Below, piece after piece: positions 9,134 to 18,788 of a stretch of DNA of 64,000 bases. Position numbers and translations under genes: made by a program. The notes beneath the pieces are model-generated. The model was not told the origin of the DNA, did not search any database, and saw only the letters and a program-made list of their open reading frames with translations. Positions within the stretch are counted from its first letter, which is position 1, and each line of letters starts with the position of its first letter. The stretch comes from a virus (lineage: Duplodnaviria > Caudoviricetes). Where the stretch lies: IMG/VR virus record IMGVR_UViG_3300015214_000001, positions 96,001-160,000 of that record. One strand, written 5' to 3'.

Positions 9134-10630
9134 ATGTACATCAAAACTTCAAACAATTTTGATAAGAAGATGAAAGAATTATTGCCAAGCTCAATATTTA
9201 GTTTGGCTAATGCGATTCGCCAAGATCATAAAGGTAGCTTGTTTGTGGTCGGCGGTGCAGTAAGAGACTTACTGTTTAATGAATTTCATGGAACACTTTA
9301 TATACCTAAAGATATAGACATTGAAGTGCATGGGATGAATGTCGATGATTTTATTCGGGTACTTATGAAATATGCTAATAAAGTTGAGATGGTAGGCAAC
9401 TCCTTCTCAATTATTCTGGCGCGTTTTGGAGACACATCAGTAGAGTTCTCTTTAGCAGACAAATCCTATAGCATTAAAGATGCCGCGTTACGTCGAGATT
9501 TTACGGTTAATGCCGTGTTATATAGCTTGCACTCACATGAGGCATTTGACCCTTTAGCATCTCAATCGGGCAACACTGGCGGTATAGCTGACATTAAGCG
9601 CAGAAAATTAACACTTACACATGAAATGGCGTTTAGTGATGACCCATTGCGTGTACTTCGTGCTTTCCAACTCATAGCGCGGTTCGATTTATTCTATGAT
9701 GAGCCTGTTTTGATAAAGGCCCATCAGGTTGTAGATCGTTACTGTGAATTGCTCTATGACCGCGTTCGTGAAGAATGGGTTAAATGGGCAACTAAAAGTG
9801 CCACGCCCTCACTTGGGTTGGAGTTTCTTTTAGATAGTGGATGGATTAAACACTATCCTGAGTTGCAAGCATTAGTTGGTGTGCCACAAGATAAAACATG
9901 GCATCCAGAGGGTGATGCTTGGAATCACACTATGTTAGTGGTAGACGGAATTAATATGCAATCCAAGAAAAATAATGCCAGCAATGAAGATTTGCTGAAA
10001 AGAAACTTTAGCGCATTATGTCATGATATGGGGAAAGCAATTGATACTTATATTAGAAGTCCATCGCACGATATTCAAAAGCATCATTTAGAAGTATCTA
10101 GTGATGATGTTATTGAGTTACTAGCAAACTCATGGCGTTGGCACTCAGCAGGTCATGAAACATCTGGTGTTATTCCTGCAAGAAATTTCATGGAGCGTCT
10201 ATTTAAACCTAATGGCATGAAGCATGAAGTACCCTTGGTAGAGCATGTGGTTCTTTTAACAAGATTACACATGAAACCACATCATTTGCAAAGCTCAATG
10301 CCTAAAGAAGCATTCGTGAGGCGACTTGCAAACGAGATTGATTTACGTGAATTAGGTTTCTTAGTCGATGCTGATGCCAACGGTAAAGGCAACGGCGAGT
10401 GGCAACCGTCAGTAGATATGAAAAACATCATGACTGTTGCTGATAAGGTACGAGTCGCAGATAGTAAGCCTGAGCCAATCTTGAAGGGGAAACATCTTAT
10501 TGATTTTGGTATGAAACCATGTAAACAATTCAGCGATATATTGGCTCAAGCGTTTGATGCTCAATTAGATGGATCATTTGACGATTTAGAGGCAGCTTTG
10601 ACTTGGTTAAAAACTAACTTTAAAATTTGA
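9134..10630 (+). CDS. cca: class II tRNA nucleotidyltransferase with HD domain (CCA- or CC-adding)
   Basis: VGGAVRD, DIDIE, RRDFTVNA, DDPLRVLR, WHPEGD..HT, HDMGK. Confidence 0.92.
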   Translation: MYIKTSNNFDKKMKELLPSSIFSLANAIRQDHKGSLFVVGGAVRDLLFNEFHGTLYIPKDIDIEVHGMNVDDFIRVLMKYANKVEMVGNSFSIILARFGDTSVEFSLADKSYSIKDAALRRDFTVNAVLYSLHSHEAFDPLASQSGNTGGIADIKRRKLTLTHEMAFSDDPLRVLRAFQLIARFDLFYDEPVLIKAHQVVDRYCELLYDRVREEWVKWATKSATPSLGLEFLLDSGWIKHYPELQALVGVPQDKTWHPEGDAWNHTMLVVDGINMQSKKNNASNEDLLKRNFSALCHDMGKAIDTYIRSPSHDIQKHHLEVSSDDVIELLANSWRWHSAGHETSGVIPARNFMERLFKPNGMKHEVPLVEHVVLLTRLHMKPHHLQSSMPKEAFVRRLANEIDLRELGFLVDADANGKGNGEWQPSVDMKNIMTVADKVRVADSKPEPILKGKHLIDFGMKPCKQFSDILAQAFDAQLDGSFDDLEAALTWLKTNFKI

Positions 10631-10653
10631 TAAATGTAAATTAGGGGAAGAAA

Positions 10654-11301
10654 ATGAGCTTAATTACAATTGGTGGTGACAATATTCCTAAAAGAGATAA
10701 TGCAATTGATGAGTTTATGCGTTATGTTGCCAAAACTTATTTACACGTAGAAAACAATGCCTCGATTGCATTATATAATGTTTCTCCTCTGTTGGAACGT
10801 TATATCAAATCAGATAAAGTCAATGAACCCAAACAGTATATTATGGGAAGTGGGTTTATTGATGAAAATGAAGGGATATTTAGCGTCGTAGCATTATCTA
10901 TTGAGCGAATTAAGTTTGCTAAATTCCAACAATCACAGCACCCATACAATAATGTGTTAGATTCTGTAAACCCATATGCTCGTAAGATATATGTTATCCA
11001 GCATTTTTACTTTGAATGCCTTGTAGATGAAATCAGCAATGATATGTTCAAAATATTCTCTCTAAATCAGCATGAGATTAACCCTAAAGTGCTTGCTGTA
11101 ATGAATTGCAAAGGCAACGAATACGATGACTTAGATGCAGCAGGTGATGTGATCGACTTTTGCACGCACCCTATTTATAATGATGATAGCGTGGATGAAA
11201 TGGAGATAATTGATGAAGTTAGCAATGCGTCGGGGACTATGTACTTATATGAGACAATAGCATCGTCGTTATTCAATGGTCATGGTTGGTGGTCACATTG
11301 A
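10654..11301 (+). CDS. hypothetical protein
   Basis: 215-aa ORF with SD. Confidence 0.7.
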   Translation: MSLITIGGDNIPKRDNAIDEFMRYVAKTYLHVENNASIALYNVSPLLERYIKSDKVNEPKQYIMGSGFIDENEGIFSVVALSIERIKFAKFQQSQHPYNNVLDSVNPYARKIYVIQHFYFECLVDEISNDMFKIFSLNQHEINPKVLAVMNCKGNEYDDLDAAGDVIDFCTHPIYNDDSVDEMEIIDEVSNASGTMYLYETIASSLFNGHGWWSH

Positions 11302-11304
11302 TTT

Positions 11305-11345
11305 ATACACGCAGAGAAGATGAGCTTCTCTGCGTGTATTTTTTT
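11305..11345. terminator. intrinsic terminator between convergent genes
   Basis: Perfect 15-bp stem ATACACGCAGAGAAG/CTTCTCTGCGTGTAT plus T tract. Confidence 0.85.
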
Positions 11346-12429
11346 AAGAAACTTCTGCGCCAGAATCCCGTAGTTGCTGAACAACTTGGTTCAATATGCC
11401 AATTAATCGTGTATGACAACTATCTGATGGGTTATATTTGACTGTAGCGCTTACTAATTCTGAGTTGCCACTGTTATTTTGTGATGTATATGTAAAGACA
11501 TCTGATCTAATCCACCCAAATAAATCATAATTTGTCTTATTGGGTTGACTGTTAATACGTATTGGATACCAAATTCCATCTGAGCGTTTCTCTTGACGAG
11601 CTACATTCAACAAACACTTAGTTTTATTCTGAATAATCCCAATTACAGCAGTTGATGTGCTAGGGTATCTTCTAATATTTGTGTGTGTGCCATTTGATGT
11701 TGCTATAGCTACTTGCCAATTGGGATCAGAAAATGGAACGTCTTTAGGGTAACTCACTGTAATATCTCCTATAGGTGGTAATTTCAACCATGGAATAACT
11801 TCTCGTCTTAAATCTTGTGATGATACCTTTTCACGCGCAATGAAGCTACGCCAATTATTCGGCTTCGTTGGATCATGCCAAGAGACTAGTCCATATCCCT
11901 TTGCGTAGAAATAACGCTCAAAGTTAACGCCTGGTTTATTGCCAGAGGGATCATGCAAATAACCCCACAATTCCAACACATCATTTAAAACGATGCCACT
12001 TTCAAAGCGATATTGTTTATGTATCGCTTTCACTTCAACCCAATGAGGAAATAAGTAAGGTGGTTTACCTTGAACGTTATTACCATTAGACTTATACCTA
12101 AAAGTGATCGTGGGGGAGGCAAGATGGCGAGTGCCTATCGAGGCGTATCTTGGTATCCAGCGCTGACCATACCGTCCTTCTTCACTGGATTGGTATAGCT
12201 GGCCTTGCTCGGGCGATATATCTGTGCCACGATAGATATATGTTTCATCATGCCATAGTTCTTCCCAGTTATATTGATGTGAATCGGGGCCACCTTTTAC
12301 ATGATAAAAACGCTTCCCTTCATGTTGCGTTTGCATACGCTCAGTGCCTTCACCTGGCCCACCATAAAATTTATAATTCACATCGTAAATTCGCCCATCA
12401 CCTTTTATATACTGTAGGAGATCAATCAT
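11344..12429 (-). CDS. SH3b-domain protein, candidate lysin
   Basis: C-terminal TNIRRYPSTSTAVIG..W..FGWIRSD (bacterial SH3); N-terminal domain unrecognised. Confidence 0.55.
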   Translation of the reverse strand: MIDLLQYIKGDGRIYDVNYKFYGGPGEGTERMQTQHEGKRFYHVKGGPDSHQYNWEELWHDETYIYRGTDISPEQGQLYQSSEEGRYGQRWIPRYASIGTRHLASPTITFRYKSNGNNVQGKPPYLFPHWVEVKAIHKQYRFESGIVLNDVLELWGYLHDPSGNKPGVNFERYFYAKGYGLVSWHDPTKPNNWRSFIAREKVSSQDLRREVIPWLKLPPIGDITVSYPKDVPFSDPNWQVAIATSNGTHTNIRRYPSTSTAVIGIIQNKTKCLLNVARQEKRSDGIWYPIRINSQPNKTNYDLFGWIRSDVFTYTSQNNSGNSELVSATVKYNPSDSCHTRLIGILNQVVQQLRDSGAEVS

Positions 12430-13318
12430 TGTTACCCTCTTTATTTGATATATCTTTTGGCTTTACTGGGTGATTTGTGATCGGATCAATGTCATCAATA
12501 TCATTAATTCTGAATTGATCTTCCATCGTCCTCGCAATGCGTGACAGTTCCTCTAAAGCATTATCAACGTTTTCTTGATAGTTTTTATCGTTAATTCTGT
12601 CTGGCTCTATGCGCTGTTTCTTCAATATGTCAGTTAATAGCTCAATTTCGTGTTTTCTGTCTAGTCCAGCACGTCTTAATGCACGAACTTCAAACTCTAA
12701 ATCTCTAATGCGTGCTTCGTGATATACTTTCTCACTTTGCAACTTTAATTTTTCCGCACCAACTTCGGTTAGTTGAAGTTGCAATCTTTCTACTTCTGAA
12801 CGAAGGTGTGCCACTTGAACATTGAGCCTAGATATTTCATCTTGCGATTCGGAGAGTGCTTTCCTAGCCCATACTGATGTCTCTTTGGCTTCTCTAACAT
12901 CACTTCTTAATCGTTGTATTTCTGCTTCTCGAAAGTCATCTCGCGCACGCAATGACCCTAACTCAATAAGTTGAGCATTATTTTGTTGCCGTATATTTTC
13001 TAGCTCTTGCTTAGTCACTTGAGCTTCTGCACGTAACGTTTCAATACTATTTTTTGCCAACTCACTAATAAATGCTTTTGCTTGTAGGCTCAAAGATTCT
13101 TCTTCTTTTTCTATGTTAGTTCTGTGTGAGTTCAGTTCAGCCCCTTTTTCCAATGAGCTTGAAATAAGTTTTATGACGGCAGGTGACACCGACTTTAGTA
13201 TCTTATATATTGCCCATCCGCAAGCTAAAAACAATGTTCCCCAACTCATCTCAGGTGGGATTTTTTCTAACAAAGAAACTAACTCTATTTGCAACAAAAC
13301 TCTATAATTAATTATCAT
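12422..13318 (-). CDS. membrane-anchored coiled-coil protein (possible holin/spanin-like)
   Basis: Hydrophobic segment WGTLFLACGWAIY then long heptad region; overlaps the SH3b gene by 8 nt. Confidence 0.5.
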   Translation of the reverse strand: MIINYRVLLQIELVSLLEKIPPEMSWGTLFLACGWAIYKILKSVSPAVIKLISSSLEKGAELNSHRTNIEKEEESLSLQAKAFISELAKNSIETLRAEAQVTKQELENIRQQNNAQLIELGSLRARDDFREAEIQRLRSDVREAKETSVWARKALSESQDEISRLNVQVAHLRSEVERLQLQLTEVGAEKLKLQSEKVYHEARIRDLEFEVRALRRAGLDRKHEIELLTDILKKQRIEPDRINDKNYQENVDNALEELSRIARTMEDQFRINDIDDIDPITNHPVKPKDISNKEGNND

Positions 13319-13466
13319 TAGTTTGCTCTCTCATGTTCAACATCCGTAAAGTAATATGTTGGTGTTCACGAGCCGATAAAGGATCGAGTATTTTTTTATT
13401 ATTTAAGTTAATATAGTGCTATTTAACACCACTTAAGAGTATTTTATCAGACTTTATAGGGTGATT

Positions 13467-14174
13467 TTAGCGCTTTTTACTTCTTAGCCGTTGTTTAGAG
13501 CGCGATTTTGCTTTTGAAGCAGGTGTTTTTGTTCGCTTTAAATGTTCACGTTGGTTGCGTCGCGCTATTTTACTCTGTCTAGTTCTTGATAATCGACGTT
13601 TATATTGTGTTGGGTATATTTCCTCACCCGCTAAAATTCGTTTAATATCTCCCGCCTTACCAGCCTTTAAATGTTCGATATATTCCAGTGGCGATGTGGC
13701 ATACCCTTCTTTCCAATGTTTACTTAATGGACTATACCATGATGGACTCATGCGATGGCTATAAATGTAATTGGTTAATGGCTGGCGACGCGAGATCATC
13801 TCAGCAATCCACGCTTCCTCTAAGCGATTTGCGTCGCCCAGTGAAATGACATTCCATTGATCCAATATAATCAGGTCAGGCTTAAGATTAGCCCCTTTAA
13901 GCCGCAATATCCTTTTTATCTTATAAATATTTGAACCTGATTTCTTCTTTTGAACATTGTGGTCATAATCAACCTTAACGCCGAATAGCCGTTCAACTAA
14001 TGACGTGTTTTCTTCCTCAAACTTATTTGCCTCATTGATGTGTTGCGTTAGCCTGCTCTTAGGTCGAGATGAGCGTCCAACATAAAATACTTCTTTTGTC
14101 TGTGGATCAACTAGACCGTAAATGGTTACTTGTGTTGTTTTTAATCCTAGCTGACTAATATCTATCATATCCAT
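13467..14174 (-). CDS. GIY-YIG nuclease-family protein
   Basis: TIYGLVDP..VFYVGRS..PKSRL..H; conserved Glu and Asn (LEEAWI, LTN); basic tail. Confidence 0.8.
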   Translation of the reverse strand: MDMIDISQLGLKTTQVTIYGLVDPQTKEVFYVGRSSRPKSRLTQHINEANKFEEENTSLVERLFGVKVDYDHNVQKKKSGSNIYKIKRILRLKGANLKPDLIILDQWNVISLGDANRLEEAWIAEMISRRQPLTNYIYSHRMSPSWYSPLSKHWKEGYATSPLEYIEHLKAGKAGDIKRILAGEEIYPTQYKRRLSRTRQSKIARRNQREHLKRTKTPASKAKSRSKQRLRSKKR

Positions 14175-14220
14175 GATTAATCTCCTATATATCTCAATTG
14201 TATCACGCTAGATACCACTA

Positions 14221-14242
14221 AAAACGTGGAGTTCCACGCTTT
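14221..14242. promoter_or_regulatory. 22-bp palindrome copy 2 (1 mismatch), in a divergent intergenic region
   Basis: AAAACGTGGAGTTCCACGCTTT. Confidence 0.65.
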
Positions 14243-14247
14243 TATAT

Positions 14248-14667
14248 TCTCATAATTCATCAATGTAATAATTGAGCAATTCAGTCTATAATCTAGTGAT
14301 TAGAGGATATAAGGAGTTACGAGTGAGATACCTAAGATTTGATATGTATATTAATGATGTGGAACATCTACTTTATGAAGGGAAAAACTTTGAAGATGCT
14401 TTGTGGTCATCTGATTTGATTGATGACCGAATTGCTGATGATATTCGTAACGAAGGAGTATCAAACATCCCTCTTGAATATCGGTCATCAGAAGTCCTAG
14501 ATATATTGCGCGATTGGTCAGGATTTGATGTGGAAAGTAATATGACTGTCAATTTTTGCATGTGTATTTGGGACGATGATCCAGATGTTGATGATGCTCA
14601 TATCATGAGCGCAGCTACATTAAGCGATTGGCAAAGTCTCTCATAATTCTTTAATGTAATAATTGAG
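14248..14667 (+). repeat. 29-bp direct repeats (14248-14276, 14639-14667) flanking a small gene
   Basis: TCTCATAATTC(AT/TT)(C/T)AATGTAATAATTGAG, each followed by TATAAT or TATACT. Confidence 0.75.
14323..14646 (+). CDS. small acidic hypothetical protein
   Basis: AAGGAG SD before GTG 14323, same frame as ORF 14272-14646. Confidence 0.65.
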   Translation: MRYLRFDMYINDVEHLLYEGKNFEDALWSSDLIDDRIADDIRNEGVSNIPLEYRSSEVLDILRDWSGFDVESNMTVNFCMCIWDDDPDVDDAHIMSAATLSDWQSLS

Positions 14668-14814
14668 AATTATAGCTTATACTTTAGTTATTAAACGAGG
14701 TAAAGGAGGTGATTATAGAAGAAGGAATGATCGAGAGAGATTTTGATCCAGTGGAGGTGATTGACTTCGGATATTAATTGCCTCCATCACATAAATAATA
14801 AATATATATTTTTT

Positions 14815-14845
14815 AAGCGCCTTTTTAGGGCGCTTTTTTGTTTTT
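14815..14845 (+). terminator. intrinsic terminator
   Basis: AAGCGCC/GGCGCTT stem plus T tract. Confidence 0.75.
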
Positions 14846-14889
14846 ATGTCAACCTATTACATATTGTAAGAGGTTGGTTTGACTGGTAA

Positions 14890-15996
14890 GTGGTTGGCGT
14901 GGTAAACTATCCATTATGTTGCTTAACAGGATTTCATTTAAACATGAATAGGATAGTACAAGCTGATATAGTTGTTGCATCAACCCCAACGAAAAATCAA
15001 ATAAAGCTATCTCCCCAAGATTTTTACAAAACATTGCCACTCAAAGATAATGTAAGTAAGCAGATCAAGACGCGCATTAACCGCTTTAATGCGTGGCTAG
15101 TAGATAGTGGAAAGAACCTTTTTAACATGACGCTTTCCGAATATCGAGATTCATTGATTGAAGAAGGGCTATCAAACAAGACGATTTTAGCATATCTATC
15201 TACTATTCGGAGTGAATATGAGCGCGTTATTGAGAACCGAGAAATGCTATACCGTTATGCTGATGCTAATTTGCCTGATGGCACAAGTATGGCAGACCGC
15301 AAGGCATTTGTTGATGAAGTTGTTCACCGTATTAATCGAGCATTGAACCCTAAAAATTCAAAAGTAGATATTATCCATGAGCAAGATATGGCTGATGATA
15401 AACACATCAGACTAACAGAAGATGAAATTTTTCATTTACTAATGAGTCCAGACGTTAATACGATAACTGGAATTCGTGATCGCGCTATTATGGCACTGGC
15501 ATTAGCTTCTGGCTGTCGAGTGTCGGAGCTAGTCTCTGCAACAATTGATGATGTATTTAGTAAATATGGAAACTCACCTGCATTTCGTGTTTTAAGAGGG
15601 AAGGGTAAAAAGCAAAGATTTATTCCCTATGGTGGGTTAGTTGAATTGATCGACTTTGTAGATCACTGGCTAAATGTAGCTAACATTCAATCAGGCGCGG
15701 TTTTTAGGCGTGTGTTTAAAAATGATAAAATAGGTTGCAATCCATTGACTACCTACTCAATAGAATTAATATTATCGAAATATACTTTTATGCGGGATGG
15801 GAATTTACTTAACCCCACACCACATGATTTAAGGCGCACTTATGCGTTGCACAATTACTTAAATGGAATGGCGATTACTGAGATACAACAAAATTTAGGT
15901 CATGCCGATCAAAAGACGACGCTAGAATATATCGGCATCCTTAGTGCCGAGTTGCGAGCGCCACAACATATGTATGGATTAAATAAGCCTGAATGA
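14890..15996 (+). CDS. tyrosine recombinase/integrase (true start probably downstream)
   Basis: GCRVSEL, GKGKKQR, PHDLRRT, LGH, TTLEY catalytic residues. Confidence 0.93.
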   Translation: MVGVVNYPLCCLTGFHLNMNRIVQADIVVASTPTKNQIKLSPQDFYKTLPLKDNVSKQIKTRINRFNAWLVDSGKNLFNMTLSEYRDSLIEEGLSNKTILAYLSTIRSEYERVIENREMLYRYADANLPDGTSMADRKAFVDEVVHRINRALNPKNSKVDIIHEQDMADDKHIRLTEDEIFHLLMSPDVNTITGIRDRAIMALALASGCRVSELVSATIDDVFSKYGNSPAFRVLRGKGKKQRFIPYGGLVELIDFVDHWLNVANIQSGAVFRRVFKNDKIGCNPLTTYSIELILSKYTFMRDGNLLNPTPHDLRRTYALHNYLNGMAITEIQQNLGHADQKTTLEYIGILSAELRAPQHMYGLNKPE

Positions 15997-16012
15997 CAAA
16001 GGCATTATGAGG

Positions 16013-16046
16013 CAGACCATTTTAACGGTATTGTTAAAATGGTCTG
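16013..16046. terminator. hairpin between convergent genes
   Basis: Perfect 14-bp stem CAGACCATTTTAAC/GTTAAAATGGTCTG. Confidence 0.65.
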
Positions 16047-16052
16047 ATGGGA

Positions 16053-16640
16053 TTATCGTGGGTAGTAAATGAAGTTATACAACCCAAAGTGATCTTCACG
16101 CCATACAGTTGGCGGCAATGCTTCCTTTAGGCGATTACGGTAGTCGTTTAACTCTATATGAACTGCATTTGATAGTGAATAGGCAGCGTCAACCGCAGGT
16201 AATTCATCATGTAAAAGATACCCCACAAATACCAGTTTCTCAGATAGGCGAATATCCTCAATCGGGATTACCCAAATATCATTGTCGTTAACAAACTTCA
16301 TCGTAATGTCATCATATAGGCGTGATGAGTTTTCTACATAAATAGACCTATTGCAGAATGGACAATTATTAAATCCTTCAATGGACTGATACGCAATTGA
16401 AGATGTCTCTAGCGAACAGTTGGTAAGATCAAATATTGTGTCAGCTTGCGGGTTACTTGCACAGGCCCTAGTTCTAACTGTTGTATATAGAACCTTTTCT
16501 AATGTAGGAAAACCAACAATTGATAATGGGATTCCTAGTCGTGGCGAACCAGAAGGGCTAAGGTTAATAGTATTAAACTTTTGGCTATTATTTGTCATTG
16601 TTAATCCCCCACATTGTATTTTTAACATCATCAGAGACAT
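16053..16640 (-). CDS. hypothetical protein (start probably 16598)
   Basis: ORF with CPFC motif. Confidence 0.6.
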   Translation of the reverse strand: MSLMMLKIQCGGLTMTNNSQKFNTINLSPSGSPRLGIPLSIVGFPTLEKVLYTTVRTRACASNPQADTIFDLTNCSLETSSIAYQSIEGFNNCPFCNRSIYVENSSRLYDDITMKFVNDNDIWVIPIEDIRLSEKLVFVGYLLHDELPAVDAAYSLSNAVHIELNDYRNRLKEALPPTVWREDHFGLYNFIYYPR

Positions 16641-16926
16641 TTTGTAATAATAGCGCCATCTGTAAATTGGAGTGAAACCCCTCTACACGTCTTTTCGCTT
16701 CCTGATGTCTTAATTTGTCACCTTTGATCTTCATATCTGCGCGGACATCAAATTTCAGGTATGTGTAGTTTGGGATGAAGTTATCAGGCTTATTCTCTAT
16801 GAACTTAACCCAACATTTGTGAGTAAGTGCCATTGCTTTCAATTCCCCTAAAGCGCGTTCACGATTAATTGTCGGAATTGAGATTTCAAATAGAACGTGC
16901 GGGGGTGTAATTAGTTGTTTGCTCAT
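16588..16926 (-). CDS. hypothetical protein
   Basis: AGGAG SD, 112 aa. Confidence 0.65.
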   Translation of the reverse strand: MSKQLITPPHVLFEISIPTINRERALGELKAMALTHKCWVKFIENKPDNFIPNYTYLKFDVRADMKIKGDKLRHQEAKRRVEGFHSNLQMALLLQNVSDDVKNTMWGINNDK

Positions 16927-16938
16927 TATTAGCTCCTG

Positions 16939-17784
16939 TTAAATAGATAACCCGCGCCTAATACGCGATGTAGCAATTGCAATATCATAAGGGATGGATA
17001 AGGTTTCCTCATTCCAAATAGCGCTATTTGTAGCAAGCAATCCAGATCGAACCATGTCATTCATAGGCTCATCTAATTGACCGATAGCCCATAGTTGCGG
17101 GTCACTCAATTTAGAGTGATGTTTTCTGCCATCTATGATGTTATCATCTCTTACTTCCCAATCTAAATCTAGTGGGTCAGCATTAGCGCCAATGAATACA
17201 CTTTCTGTTGGGCCTATCCTTCTTCTATCCTTAATACCTGTTCTCATGCTATATACTGAACCGAGATTGTTATGTCTGATTAAAGATGGGATCGTATGCC
17301 AACAATGCAATTTGTTTAATTTAAGGTAAGTTTCTAAAGCCCCATCGTCATGAAAATATTCATGACGAATATTCCATGATGCCCATTGAACAAAGTCATC
17401 AATTTGCTTAACTGGTTGTATAAGCGCACAAGCATTATGCACTAGATCAGTAACCAACCAATGCTTATCATGCGTATGACTTTGAGACATGACAGGGAAA
17501 TTATCACATAGAGATGCGGTACTTCCTAAGGGTAAGTATGCTAAAATGCTCGGAATACTTGCTAAGAAATTGTGGCATGGAATAATGTCATCTTGTAAGA
17601 CCATATGATAGTCTGCCGATGGATCATATGATGACCATGCACGTAATGATGTTTCAAGTATTCCTTCTGAGCGCTTATCTTCAATGACCTGCATCGAAGA
17701 AGTTTCTTCACCTAACAGCTTCAATGTTTCTTCTAGGCGACTCTTTCGCAGTGGGTGAGTAAATAATGAGATTGATAGCTTCAA
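16939..17784 (-). CDS. GT-A fold glycosyltransferase, paralog 2
   Basis: HMVLQDD, HDD, PSLIRH; clear paralog of 18790-19623. Confidence 0.75.
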   Translation of the reverse strand: MKLSISLFTHPLRKSRLEETLKLLGEETSSMQVIEDKRSEGILETSLRAWSSYDPSADYHMVLQDDIIPCHNFLASIPSILAYLPLGSTASLCDNFPVMSQSHTHDKHWLVTDLVHNACALIQPVKQIDDFVQWASWNIRHEYFHDDGALETYLKLNKLHCWHTIPSLIRHNNLGSVYSMRTGIKDRRRIGPTESVFIGANADPLDLDWEVRDDNIIDGRKHHSKLSDPQLWAIGQLDEPMNDMVRSGLLATNSAIWNEETLSIPYDIAIATSRIRRGLSI

Positions 17785-17826
17785 GTGATATACCTTATAT
17801 GTTTATTTACTATCAATCTCATTATA

Positions 17827-18788
17827 TCATGTGAGAGCCATTCTATACCATGTTACACTTTGTCTATAGCTTAGTATGGAGATGTTACTGCTGATTAAAT
17901 TATCCACACCAAAGTGAAAAATTGTATTTCCAGGGCTTGCTCTAAATGGGATACTTCCGCTTAGCGTCGCTATATATCCATTCTGCGAGTAATCACTCCC
18001 ATTGTAGCTATGTCCCATAATAGCCACATCATCAGTTGGATATGGTGTTATATTGCCGCCATCCCCCATGTCTTGAATTGTAAAAGTCAAACGTGCTGCG
18101 GCTGACTGTTGTCCTATTCCAGCACTGCCAAAATCTAAGAACACAGTAACATTAGCAATGCCGATGATGTTTGCACCTAATACAAGAACATTACTAGGTG
18201 TTCTTGGACATGCTTGCCAGAAATTATTATTAGCAGACACATAGTAATTTGTGATGTCGTCGTTGCCAGTTATTGTTGGGGTGGAATATACATCGAGTAG
18301 ACTAGGTATAGATAAAGCATGTCGCCAGTCCCCAGGTTCTTCATCTGGATCATATGGGTCTAATACAATCGGCGTATCATTATATGTGTGCATTGCTGTA
18401 ATTTGGTTGAATGAGTTGACTACATAGAGGTCATTGTTATAGACCAGTGTTTGACCTTCAATCGGAGGCTCTGATATACTAAAGCTGCCTATATCAGAAA
18501 TCCAAATATCCTCTAAGTCAGAACCTTTCAATTGCCGATTGTACCATGTCGTGCCATTATAAAGTAACGCATCGTTATACGACGGATTGCTGATTTCAAC
18601 ATCGGTTAAATCGGCTAAAGAGGAAGCGCCGCCACTACCCCCCCCGTAAGGGGAATTACTGAGCCGTCATCGAAAACAGCCCATACGCCTTTATTGCGAA
18701 TGAATATCCTCGCTTGCCCACTACTAGGGGTAGATGGTGTATTGCTAATGTTCGGATATTCAATATATGTATCAGTTAACTTTGCCAT
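17827..18788 (-). CDS. fibre/receptor-binding paralog C, frameshifted at G8 (18638-18645)
   Basis: MAKLTDTYIEYP..GQARIFIRN..FDDGSVIPLTGG, then in another frame SGGASSLADLTDVEISNP running into ORF 17827-18531. Confidence 0.75.

Noticed and set aside
13467-14174. GIY-YIG gene as part of a group I intron
   Set aside because: Free-standing; no interrupted flanking gene is evident
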